DNA of 64,000 nt, taken from assembly GCA_001915025.1 (NCBI GenBank), contig MNDR01000039.1, positions 1,132 through 65,131 on the forward strand, written 5' to 3'. The stretch is from Gemmatimonadetes bacterium 13_2_20CM_2_65_7 (GTDB lineage Bacteria; Gemmatimonadota; Gemmatimonadetes; Gemmatimonadales; GWC2-71-9). A model generated the notes under the pieces. The model was not told the origin of the DNA and searched no databases. It saw only the letters and a program-made list of their open reading frames with translations. Both the position numbers and the translations under genes were made by a program. Below, one piece after another: positions 8,314-16,600 of the stretch (positions are counted from its first letter, which is position 1; each line of letters begins with the position of its first letter).

Positions 8314-9215
8314 CGGCCCAGCTTCGCCTCCCACTCTTCAAGCGAGCGAGGCCAGTCGGCTTTGAGCAGTCGTGAAAGCGAGCGATCGGCCAGCACGCGA
8401 CCGCCCGTCTGACACGTCGCGCAGTAGTTCGCCTCATTGTCGGCATAGCGAATGCGCTGTACGGGCGAGCCGCACACAGGGCAGGGCTGCTTGTAGCGTC
8501 CGTGCACCGCCATTCCTTCCTTGAACGCGCTCACTGTTTCGGGGAATTTTGTGCCCCCTCCGGTCTCGGCGCGCAGCTTCTCGATCCAAAAGCGTGCTGT
8601 CTTCTGCGTTGCCTCGTACAGCCGCGCGATTTCTTCGTCAGTCAATTTTCCGGAGAGCTGAAACAGCGAAAGCTTGGCCGCGTGCAGAATCTCATCAGAC
8701 AGCCAGTTGCCGATCCCATCGAACAGATGTGGATCGGTGAGCGCGCGCTTCAGCGTGTGGGACTCCGATTGCAGCCGAGTGCGGAAGGCATCGAGATCGG
8801 CGGCCAGCACGTCGAGCCCGCCGGGATCGTGGGCCGCGAGCCCGGCTTCGCCTTCCACCACGTGCAGCGATGCGCGGTGCTTCGGGCTCGCCTCGGTGAG
8901 GAGCAACGTCCCGGTTGGAAAATCAAATGAGGCGAGCCCGACTCTGGCCGGCGGGCTGGTTCCCTGCGGCCGCCATTTGAACCGGCCCGCGATCATCAGG
9001 TGGAAGATGAGGAAGACTCCTCCTTCCATCTCCCACACGATGCGTTTCCCGACGCGTCTGAGTCCGACGACCTTTCGGCCTTCTGCCGCGGCCAGCGGCG
9101 GGTCGACTGTGCGCAACAGAGAGGGGCTCGTGATGCGCGCGCGCTCGAGTCGCTGGCCGACGATTCGTGGGGCCAGCGCCTCGAGGTAGATTGTGATGTC
9201 GGGAAGCTCCGGCAT
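8310..9215 (-). CDS. Fpg/Nei family DNA glycosylase / AP lyase
   Basis: 301 aa with N-terminal MPELPD (catalytic Pro2/Glu3), an H2TH region, and a C-terminal zinc finger CPVCGSPVQRIRYADNEANYCATCQ. Confidence 0.85.
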   Translation of the reverse strand: MPELPDITIYLEALAPRIVGQRLERARITSPSLLRTVDPPLAAAEGRKVVGLRRVGKRIVWEMEGGVFLIFHLMIAGRFKWRPQGTSPPARVGLASFDFPTGTLLLTEASPKHRASLHVVEGEAGLAAHDPGGLDVLAADLDAFRTRLQSESHTLKRALTDPHLFDGIGNWLSDEILHAAKLSLFQLSGKLTDEEIARLYEATQKTARFWIEKLRAETGGGTKFPETVSAFKEGMAVHGRYKQPCPVCGSPVQRIRYADNEANYCATCQTGGRVLADRSLSRLLKADWPRSLEEWEAKLGR

Positions 9216-9228
9216 TGCCGGATCAAAT

Positions 9229-11073
9229 CTACTGGAACACTTGCAGTGCCACCTCGACGCGTCCGAACGGCGCGCTTACCTGAACGCCCTGGACCATTTG
9301 CTTGACCCGCGTGAACATCTCACGCGCGATGGCCACGCCCTCCGCGAGCGCCGCTTCCTTCCCTTGCTCCTGCGCCTTCCTCATGCGCTGGAGCACTTCC
9401 TCCGGCACCGACACGCCGGGGACTTCGTTCGCGAGAAACTCGGCGTTGCGCAGGGAGATGAGCGGCCAGACCCCGGCGACGATGGGCAGCTTGAACTGAT
9501 CGATGCGCTTGAGAAATGCCTCGAGCTGGCGCACGTCGAACACCGGCTGCGTCACGGCGAATTCGGCCCCCGCATCCACCTTCCACGCGAACCGGGACAG
9601 CTCGCGATCCTGGTCGCCCGCGCCGGGATTCACGCCGACACCGATCGCCCACTTCGTGGCGCCGCCGAGCGGATTGTTGCCCGGATCGAGGCCCTGATTC
9701 AATCGATAGACGAGGTTCGTCAGGCCGATCGAATCGATGTCGAACACCGCCGTCGCTTCGGGATACGGACCCATCTTCGGCGGATCACCCGTGATGATCA
9801 GAATGTTGCGCAACCCCGCGGCGTGCGCGCCGATGATGTCCGACAGCATGCCGAGCAGGTTGCGGTCGCGGCAGCAGTAGTGAATCACGGTTTCGATGCC
9901 CACCTCGCGCTCGATCAGCAGCGCCGATGGCAGCACCCCCATGCGGCTTTGCGCGCGCGGGCCATCGGGCACGTTCACCGCATCCACACCGGCGGCTTTC
10001 AGCGCGCGACACTGCGCCAGCATCGGCGTCGGATCCACGCCCTTGGGCGGCACGATCTCGACGCTCGTGACCAGCTCACCGCGCGCGAGCTTATTGCCCC
10101 AGCCGGATTTCAAGGCGAGCGGGGTCGCCGTCACTCCCTCAGGCGCCTTCACCTGCGCGCGCGAGACGACGACGCTCGGCTGCCGCGGCACGACGCTCGC
10201 GACGTAGTCGCGGATCTTCTTGATGTGTTCGGGCGTCGAGCCGCAACACCCGCCCACAAAGCGGGCGCCCGCTTCGATCATGCGTCGCGCATAGCTCGCC
10301 ATGTACTCGGGAGACGCGAGATAGATCTTGCGGTCACCCACATCCTTGGGCAGACCCGCGTTGGGCTGCGCGGAAATCGGTTTGTCCGTCGCCTTCACCA
10401 TCTTTTCGACGGCCTCGAGCACGCCCGCCGGCCCGACGGAGCAATTCACGCCAATCACATCCGCCCCCCACGCCGTGAGCTGCTTGGTGAAAGTCTCCGG
10501 ATCGGTGCCGTAGTAGGTCAGGCCGTCGGTGCCGATCGTCATCTGGCAGGCGACAGGCAGATCGGTTGCGGCGCGTACGGCGTTCAGCGCCGCGTGCATT
10601 TCCTGCATGTCGCTGAATGTCTCGAGCACGAAGCCGTCCACGCCGCCGGCGAGCAGGCCCTGCACCTGCCGAGCGAACAGCGCTTGCGCTTCGGCTTGCG
10701 AGGTCGGGCCAAAGGGCTCGATGCGGATGCCGAGGGGGCCGATCGCGCCGACCACGCTCGCGCGGCCCCCCCCCCCGGCCGCGGCGGCGCGCGCCAGCTC
10801 GGCGGCGGTGCGATTGATCTTCTCGGTGTCGTCGGCCAGACCGTAGCTGTTGAGCTTCAGCGGATTCGCGCCGAAGGTATTGGTCTCCAGGATCTCGGCG
10901 CCCGCGCGCACGTACTCCGCGTGTACTTCCTGCACGAGCCGCGGCTGCTTCAGGTTCAGCTCGTCATAACAGACGTTCAGGAAGAAGCCCTTGCCGTACA
11001 GCATCGTGCCCATCGCCCCGTCGAAGACGTGGACGCGACCGTCAGCAATGAGAGATCGGAAGTCAGTAGGCAT
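9229..11073 (-). CDS. Bifunctional homocysteine S-methyltransferase / 5,10-methylenetetrahydrofolate reductase (YitJ-like)
   Basis: The N-terminal Hcy-binding domain has VFDGAMGTMLY ... FVGGCCGSTPEHI (zinc Cys motif). The C-terminal half is MetF-like (VEIVPPKG...HYCCRDRN...ITGDPP). ATG 11073 (MPTDFRSLIADGRVHVFDGAMG) is preferred over the tracked TTG 11115, based on N-terminal length relative to my recollection of YitJ-type proteins. Confidence 0.85.
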   Translation of the reverse strand: MPTDFRSLIADGRVHVFDGAMGTMLYGKGFFLNVCYDELNLKQPRLVQEVHAEYVRAGAEILETNTFGANPLKLNSYGLADDTEKINRTAAELARAAAAGGGGRASVVGAIGPLGIRIEPFGPTSQAEAQALFARQVQGLLAGGVDGFVLETFSDMQEMHAALNAVRAATDLPVACQMTIGTDGLTYYGTDPETFTKQLTAWGADVIGVNCSVGPAGVLEAVEKMVKATDKPISAQPNAGLPKDVGDRKIYLASPEYMASYARRMIEAGARFVGGCCGSTPEHIKKIRDYVASVVPRQPSVVVSRAQVKAPEGVTATPLALKSGWGNKLARGELVTSVEIVPPKGVDPTPMLAQCRALKAAGVDAVNVPDGPRAQSRMGVLPSALLIEREVGIETVIHYCCRDRNLLGMLSDIIGAHAAGLRNILIITGDPPKMGPYPEATAVFDIDSIGLTNLVYRLNQGLDPGNNPLGGATKWAIGVGVNPGAGDQDRELSRFAWKVDAGAEFAVTQPVFDVRQLEAFLKRIDQFKLPIVAGVWPLISLRNAEFLANEVPGVSVPEEVLQRMRKAQEQGKEAALAEGVAIAREMFTRVKQMVQGVQVSAPFGRVEVALQVFQ

Positions 11074-11132
11074 CGGTTGCGTGTCGTCCCAAAAGAAATC
11101 CCCGCCCAAGGCCAACGCCCTGTACGGGGTCT

Positions 11133-11185
11133 GGCTTTTTAGCGGTTGTTTAACGTGGCCGCAATACGCCGCAAATCGCCACGGC
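11133..11185 (-). promoter_or_regulatory. Candidate pseudoknotted leader RNA (riboswitch-like) upstream of the Hcy-methyltransferase/MTHFR gene
   Basis: The minus-strand RNA is CGUGGC-GAUUUGCGGCGUAUUGCG-GCCACG-UUAAACAA-CCGCUAAAAAGCC. A 6-bp hairpin is present, and its loop segment AUUUGCGG is complementary to downstream CCGC(U)AAA, giving H-type pseudoknot potential. The class is not established. Confidence 0.25.
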
Positions 11186-11232
11186 TCAATCCAGAAAATA
11201 ATCGCCTAGATGGCGCGTACTCTTAAATAGCT

Positions 11233-11745
11233 ATGACGCCCCACGCACGCAACGTCGCGGCGGATCAACTCCTCGCCGAGCACGCACCGGCGCTCCGCAA
11301 CTTCCTGGGCGCGCGCTGCCGCGACCCCGAGTTGGCCGCCGAGTTGCTGCAGGAGGTGGCCGCGCGCCTGGTTACGGCGAGCCCGCGGCTGACACTGAAC
11401 GGCAATGCGCGGGGCTACCTGTTCCGAATCGCCGCGAACGTGTGGCATGACTACTTGCGGCGCGAGCTGGTGCGCCGTCGCGCGGTCATGGTTGTTCGTG
11501 CCAGCGAGCCGGAGACGGCACCTCCAGCGGACACGCGACTCATGGAGAGCGAGCTGCGAACCGCGGTGCGCCGTGCCGTGGACTCCCTACCGCAAGTGCA
11601 ACGGGATGTCGTGTTACTCCGCCAGGATGCCGGCATGACGTTTCAAGCGATCGCCGACCGGCTGGGCCGGCCTCTCGGGACGGTGCTCACGCAGATGCGC
11701 GCCGCGCTCGCACGGATCAGCGTGGCACTGGAGAACTATCGATGA
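11233..11745 (+). CDS. ECF-type RNA polymerase sigma factor (sigma-70 family, group 4)
   Basis: 170 aa. Region 2 (LLQEVAARL...YLFRIAANVWHDYLRR) and region 4 HTH (QRDVVLLRQDAGMTFQAIADRLGRPLGTVLTQMRAALARI) are both present. Confidence 0.85.
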   Translation: MTPHARNVAADQLLAEHAPALRNFLGARCRDPELAAELLQEVAARLVTASPRLTLNGNARGYLFRIAANVWHDYLRRELVRRRAVMVVRASEPETAPPADTRLMESELRTAVRRAVDSLPQVQRDVVLLRQDAGMTFQAIADRLGRPLGTVLTQMRAALARISVALENYR

Positions 11746-12134
11746 ATCATCCGACCGAAGACGAGCTGTTGCTGCTCGCGTTTGGCGAACTTCCCTCATC
11801 TCAGGCCGCGGGAATCGAATCTCACACGGCTGCGTGCCGCGCTTGCCGAGAAACCCTTGCGCACCTCGAGCACGGGCGTGTCGCGCTGGACGTTGCCATG
11901 CCGCCGCGCCGGCGCAACGCGATCGTTTGGGCCACACTCACGCTTGCGGCAGCCGCCGTACTCGCAGGCGTCATGGTGACCAAATCCGGATCTTCTCGCG
12001 ATCCGGCTGAGCGCTGGACACCAACAACGACCTGGTCGGCGACGGCCGGCTACGTGGCGGGCGGCAAGGCAGCGGTAGAAATCGATGCGCAACTCACACG
12101 ACTCGAACAGGGATGGTCTTATGGTCGCCCGTAG
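11742..12134 (+). CDS. Anti-sigma factor (zf-HC2 type) with one transmembrane helix
   Basis: ATGA overlap with the sigma gene. Has the H-x3-C-x2-C motif (HTAACRAC) and the TM segment IVWATLTLAAAAVLAGVMV. Confidence 0.75.
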   Translation: MNHPTEDELLLLAFGELPSSQAAGIESHTAACRACRETLAHLEHGRVALDVAMPPRRRNAIVWATLTLAAAAVLAGVMVTKSGSSRDPAERWTPTTTWSATAGYVAGGKAAVEIDAQLTRLEQGWSYGRP

Positions 12135-12795
12135 TGTCGCGTTCGCCCTGGGTTTCACCGTCGCCATCGCAGTGCGTGCGAGCACGCAAGAGCCGAACGC
12201 TCAGGAGATGCCCAATCCGCAGGCGATGCAAATGCAGGCGCAACGCATCATGCAAGAGCGTCCACGCGAAGCCGAAGCGGCCGCCCGGGCATTCCTGATG
12301 CTGGTGGCACCGAGCCTCGTCGCTACGCTCGACTCCCTCAAGACAGGATCGATCAGCGGAGAGAACCAGCCGCTCATCGTGGTAGACGGAGTGCCGCAGC
12401 CTGGCTTGTCTGGCCGATGGCTCGGCGACCAATACTGGGCCGAGGTGGGTCAGCTGACGGTCCAGTTCGGGATGGTGCAGAACCTGAATCGGCGTGATAG
12501 CGTCCGCGCGCAGCTCGTAGGCAAGATGTTTGGACTCGAGGCCAACGCGCGTGCGCAACAGCGCGCCTACCGCAGTGCGTCTGAGTCTAACCGTGCAGCA
12601 ATCCGCAAGCAGATCGAGGCGCTGATCACGCAACACTTCGATCTTGAGGATCAACTACGGACGCGGGAAGTCGCGGATATCGAACGACGGCTCGCAGACG
12701 TCCGCGCCGAGACTCAGCGCCGGCGCGACAAGCGCGCGGAGTTCATCAAGTTTGCCGTGGACGACATAATCCGGGACGCCATCCGGCCGCGATAG
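12121..12795 (+). CDS. Secreted hypothetical protein (coiled-coil, Met/Gln-rich N-region) in the ECF operon
   Basis: Start taken at MVARSVAFALGFTVAIAVRAST (signal peptide), overlapping the anti-sigma stop by 14 nt. High GC3. I recognise no family. Confidence 0.55.
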   Translation: MVARSVAFALGFTVAIAVRASTQEPNAQEMPNPQAMQMQAQRIMQERPREAEAAARAFLMLVAPSLVATLDSLKTGSISGENQPLIVVDGVPQPGLSGRWLGDQYWAEVGQLTVQFGMVQNLNRRDSVRAQLVGKMFGLEANARAQQRAYRSASESNRAAIRKQIEALITQHFDLEDQLRTREVADIERRLADVRAETQRRRDKRAEFIKFAVDDIIRDAIRPR

Positions 12796-12811
12796 CGGCA
12801 CGCTGCGGGCG

Positions 12812-12854
12812 AATGATCAACGATCATTGGTCATTGATCATTGATCATTGAATT
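12812..12854. repeat. Tandem array of ~6 copies of a 7-nt unit (T)TGATCA, self-complementary
   Basis: The array reads atgatca acgatca ttggtca ttgatca ttgatca ttgaatt. It contains four GATC sites, is AT-rich for this genome, and lies between convergent genes. Confidence 0.8.
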
Positions 12855-12898
12855 GGGCTTCAGCCACGGACAAAACAGTCATTCGAAGAGCCCAATTC
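12850..12898. terminator. 10-bp perfect inverted repeat spanning the stop codon of the small membrane protein gene
   Basis: gaattgggct (12850-12859) pairs with agcccaattc (12889-12898), leaving a 29-nt loop. There is no strong U-tract, so the function is uncertain. Confidence 0.25.
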
Positions 12899-13034
12899 TT
12901 TGGGCCGCCCACCACGCAGCCACTCCCCCGGCAATGAAGCCGAGCACGGCGCCGAACGGACCAAACAGCTTGCTGCCGAGCGCGCCGGCGACCGTCCCGA
13001 CGACGAAACTGACGAGTGTCTTGAGAAGCTTCAT
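12879..13034 (-). CDS. Small (51 aa) Gly-rich hydrophobic membrane protein
   Basis: MKLLKTLVSFVVGTVAGALGSKLFGPFGAVLGFIAGGVAAWWAAQRIGLFE. ATG 13034 has a TGATG overlap with the yggT stop. The longer tracked ORF 12879..13397 is out-of-frame read-through. Confidence 0.55.
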   Translation of the reverse strand: MKLLKTLVSFVVGTVAGALGSKLFGPFGAVLGFIAGGVAAWWAAQRIGLFE

Positions 13035-13606
13035 CAGTACCTCAGGATCGAGAGAAGGATCTGCCGCAACAACATGAGCGCCAGCCACGCCACGATCGGG
13101 CTCACATCGAAGGCGCCGAGTGACGGGACGACGCGCCGAATCGGCTCGACGATCCAATCGGTGAGGATGTAGGCCGGCCGGATCCACCGCGAATAGCGAA
13201 ACATCCCGAACCACGCCGCAATCACCCGCACGATCAGCGCATACATCAGAATGCGGTAGACAATCTCGATCAGCAGCCTGAGCGTCGCGCGTGTACCGGA
13301 ATGCGCCGCGATGTTGACCGTCTGAAACGACCCCAGGAACCAGCCGATCAACGACACCAGCACAATGCCGCCGATTGCCGTCAGCACAATCAGCCAACCA
13401 CCGGCGTGTGTGGGATTGCCGCCCATGCGCACGAGTCGCCGTTCGACGGGGCGGAGAACGGGATCGGTGACCGACCGCAGCCCGCGTCCGAGTCCACCGA
13501 AGGGCGAGATGCGGCGCGTGCGCACGAGCCAGGAGCCCAGGGCGGCGACCGCCGCGAGCGCGACGACGCCGAATACGACGTACCGTACCACCGCGAACGC
13601 GTTCAA
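13034..13606 (-). CDS. yggT: YggT family membrane protein (two YGGT repeats)
   Basis: 190 aa with repeated motifs ...TDPVLRPVERRL... and ...TDWIVEPIRRVVPSLGAFDVSPIVAWL.... Confidence 0.75.
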   Translation of the reverse strand: MNAFAVVRYVVFGVVALAAVAALGSWLVRTRRISPFGGLGRGLRSVTDPVLRPVERRLVRMGGNPTHAGGWLIVLTAIGGIVLVSLIGWFLGSFQTVNIAAHSGTRATLRLLIEIVYRILMYALIVRVIAAWFGMFRYSRWIRPAYILTDWIVEPIRRVVPSLGAFDVSPIVAWLALMLLRQILLSILRY

Positions 13607-13609
13607 CTG

Positions 13610-16600
13610 TTACGAGCCGTAGGCGGCTGAGACGATGCGCTCCTGCTCTGCCTTGTGGGCCGCGGGGTAGCCTTCGGCGGGACTCGAGCGTTCCGGGCGC
13701 GACACATCGAGGAGCGCGACCGACTGCGGCAACGCCTCGCGAATCTTGGGCAGCACGAACTTGCGCGCGCCCATGTTGCGCGGCTCTTCCTGGACCCAGA
13801 CGACCTCTTTGAGATTCGGATAGCGGCGCGCGTATTCTCCGATCTCCGTGCCGGGGAAGGGATAGAGCAGCTCCAGCCGCCCGATTTTCACATGTGGCGT
13901 CTCAGTGCGGCGTGGCGAGGCGATGATGTCGTAGTAAATCTTGCCGCTGCACAACAGCAAGCGCGTGACTTTCTCGGGCCACGTCCGGTCGCGATCCCAA
14001 AGCACACTCCTGAACTGCCCCAATACGAGATCGTTGAGCTGGGAGGAGGCGGCCGGCAAGCGCAGCAAACTCTTGGGCGTCATCAGCACGAGCGGCCGGA
14101 TTTCCGTGTGCCGCGCCTGTCGCCGCAGCAGATGGAAGTATTGCGCCGGCGTGGTACAGTTCGCGACGCGAATGTTTCCTTCCGCCCCCAGCGCGAGAAA
14201 CCGCTCGACGCGCGCGCTCGAGTGCTCCGGGCCCTGGCCCTCGTAGCCGTGCGGCAGTAGCAGCGACAGCCGCGACGTCTCGCCCCATTTCGCAAGCCCC
14301 GCGATCAGGAACTGATCGATCACCACTTCGGCGCCGTTCGCGAAGTCGCCAAATTGTGCCTCCCACAGTACCAGCGCATCCTGCGCTTCGACGGCATAGC
14401 CATACTCGAAGCCGAGACAGGCGTATTCCGAGAGCGGGCTGTTGTGCAGCTCGAACGAAGCCCGGCCGTCGGGCAGGTTCTGAATCGGCGTATGTCGCGC
14501 GCCGGTGTGTATGTCGTGGAGCACGAGATGCCGCTGACTGAAGGTGCCGCGCTCGGTGTCCTGCCCGGTCAAGCGGATCGGTGTTCCCTCGATCAGCAGC
14601 GAGGCGAACGCCAACGACTCCGCGTGTGCCCACTCGATGCCGTCTTTGGACATGAGCACGTCACGACGCCGCTCGAGCTGCTTCTGCAGCTTGGGATGCA
14701 TCGCGAAGCCCTCCGGCACCGCGAGCAGCTGCTCGTTGAGCCGCTTCAGCGTCTCGGCGTCGACGGCCGTGGTGGGCTCGGGCGTGTTCTGGCGCTGGAT
14801 GCGCTGCGGCTCATCGGCGCGTTGTCCTGACTTCACCGCCTGCTGCACGGCCGCGAGCCTCTGGTAGGCGGCCTCCGCGTCCGCATCCGCTTGAGCGGCA
14901 GCGACGACGCCTTCTTGCGCGAGCTGCGCCGCGTACTTCTGACGGACGGATGGAGTCTGCTTGATCCGTTCGTACATCATCGGCTGCGTGTAGGCCGGCT
15001 CGTCGGCCTCGTTGTGACCGTAGCGGCGATATCCCACCAGATCGATCACGACGTCGCCATGGAAGTTGTCGCGGTACATCATCGCGAGCCGCACAGCCGC
15101 GAGACACGCCTCCGGATCATCGGCGTTCACGTGCACGATCGGCGCATCGAAGCCTTTGGCGAGATCGCTCGAGTAGTCGGTGGAGCGGCCTTCGCGCGGA
15201 TCCGTGGTGAAGCCGATCTGATTGTTGAGGATCAGATGGAACGTGCCGCCGGTCGTATAGCCGGGGAGTCGCGCGAGATTGAAGGTCTCCGCGACGACGC
15301 CCTGGCCCGCGAACGCGGCGTCGCCGTGCAGCAAGACCGGGAGCGCGACGTTCACGTCGAGTTGCACCGCCGCACCGCTCCGATTCGTTTGGTTCGCGCG
15401 GGCACGACCCTCGACGACCGGATTCACCGATTCCAGATGGCTGGGATTGGGCGAAACCATCACGGCGATGTCCTTGCCGCTCGCCGTGCGGTACACCCCC
15501 TCAGCGCCGTGGTGATACTTCACGTCACCGGTACCGGCGTTCCACCCTTCCGATTCAGCCGTCTCCTCGCGGCGGCCGCCCTCGAACTCCGCGAGGATCG
15601 TTTCGTACGGAACGTTCACGACGTGCGCGAGCACGTTGAGTCGTCCACGGTGCGCCATGCCGATGGTCGCCTGGCGCGTGCCGTGGGCCGCGGCGAGCTC
15701 CAGCGTGAAATCGAGCATCGGCACGGTCATGTCGAGGCCTTCGATCGAGAATCGCTTCTGGCCGAGGTATGCCTTGTGCAGGAAGCGCTCGAGCGTGTCG
15801 ACCGCCGTCAGCCGCGCCAGCAGCTGCCTCTTTCCATCCGCGGAGAGCGGCCGCCGATGCTGGCCCGATTCGATCACTTGCCTGAGCCACAGGCGCTCTT
15901 CGTGACTCCCGATGTGTTCGACCTCATAGGCGATCGTGCCGCAGTAGGTCGCCTGGAGATACGGCAGCGCGTCCGCGAGTGTCTTGCCTGGCACATAGAT
16001 GCGGAGCACTTCGGCGGGGATTCGCGCCATGATCTCCGGCGTGAGTCCCAACCGGCCGATGTCGAGGGAAGGATCGCCGGGCGGCTCGCTGCCGAGGGGA
16101 TCGAGATGGGCGGCGAGGTGGCCGAAATTCCTATGCGCCCGGACCAGCGCGTAGGCCGCAGCTACATGTTTAAGATCCTCGACACCCACGGCCTCCGGTT
16201 GGGGAAGGGGGACGGGGGAAGAGGGAAGGGTACTGCGGGGAGCCGCAGGAGTCGGAGGGGCCGCCGTGTACCCTTCCCCCTTCCCGCTTCCCCCTTCCCC
16301 TTTTGCCAGGCTCTCCGTCACCAGGTCGTAGAACCGTTCCTCTCCCTGCAACAGGGAATCCAGGTACCGCAGAAACATTCCCGACTCCGCGCCCTGAATG
16401 ATCCGGTGATCGTACGTGCTCGTGATCGTGATGATCTTCGTGCCCCCCCCGGTGATCTCGCGGATGGTGCCGGTCGCGATGATCGAGCCCTGGCCCTTCA
16501 TGAGACGCGGGACCGACGCCACGGTACCCAGCGTGCCGGGGTTTGTGAGCTGGATCGTGCCGCCGGCGAAATCGTCCGGCAGGAGCCGGTTGATGCGCGC

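Noticed and set aside
10766-10776. Homopolymeric C/G tracts of 8-11 nt as phase-variation switches (C11 at 10766, G10 at 19905, C10 at 31020, and about 8 more runs of 8 or more)
   Set aside because: At about 33% C and 33% G, roughly 13 runs of 8 or more and 1-2 runs of 10 or more are expected by chance in 64 kb on both strands. That is close to what I counted by eye. All are in frame (GGG/PPP codons) in housekeeping genes, so there is no enrichment to explain.
9193-11142. 649-aa ORF on the + strand
   Set aside because: It is exactly antisense to the well-supported Hcy-methyltransferase/MTHFR gene. The product is Arg/His/Asp-rich with no recognisable motif, as expected for the reverse complement of a high-GC gene where stop codons are rare.
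15989-16003. Sigma-54-like promoter motif TGGCACATAGATGCG on the + strand
   Set aside because: It lies inside kgd in the antisense orientation with no + strand gene downstream. A single near-match without context is probably chance.
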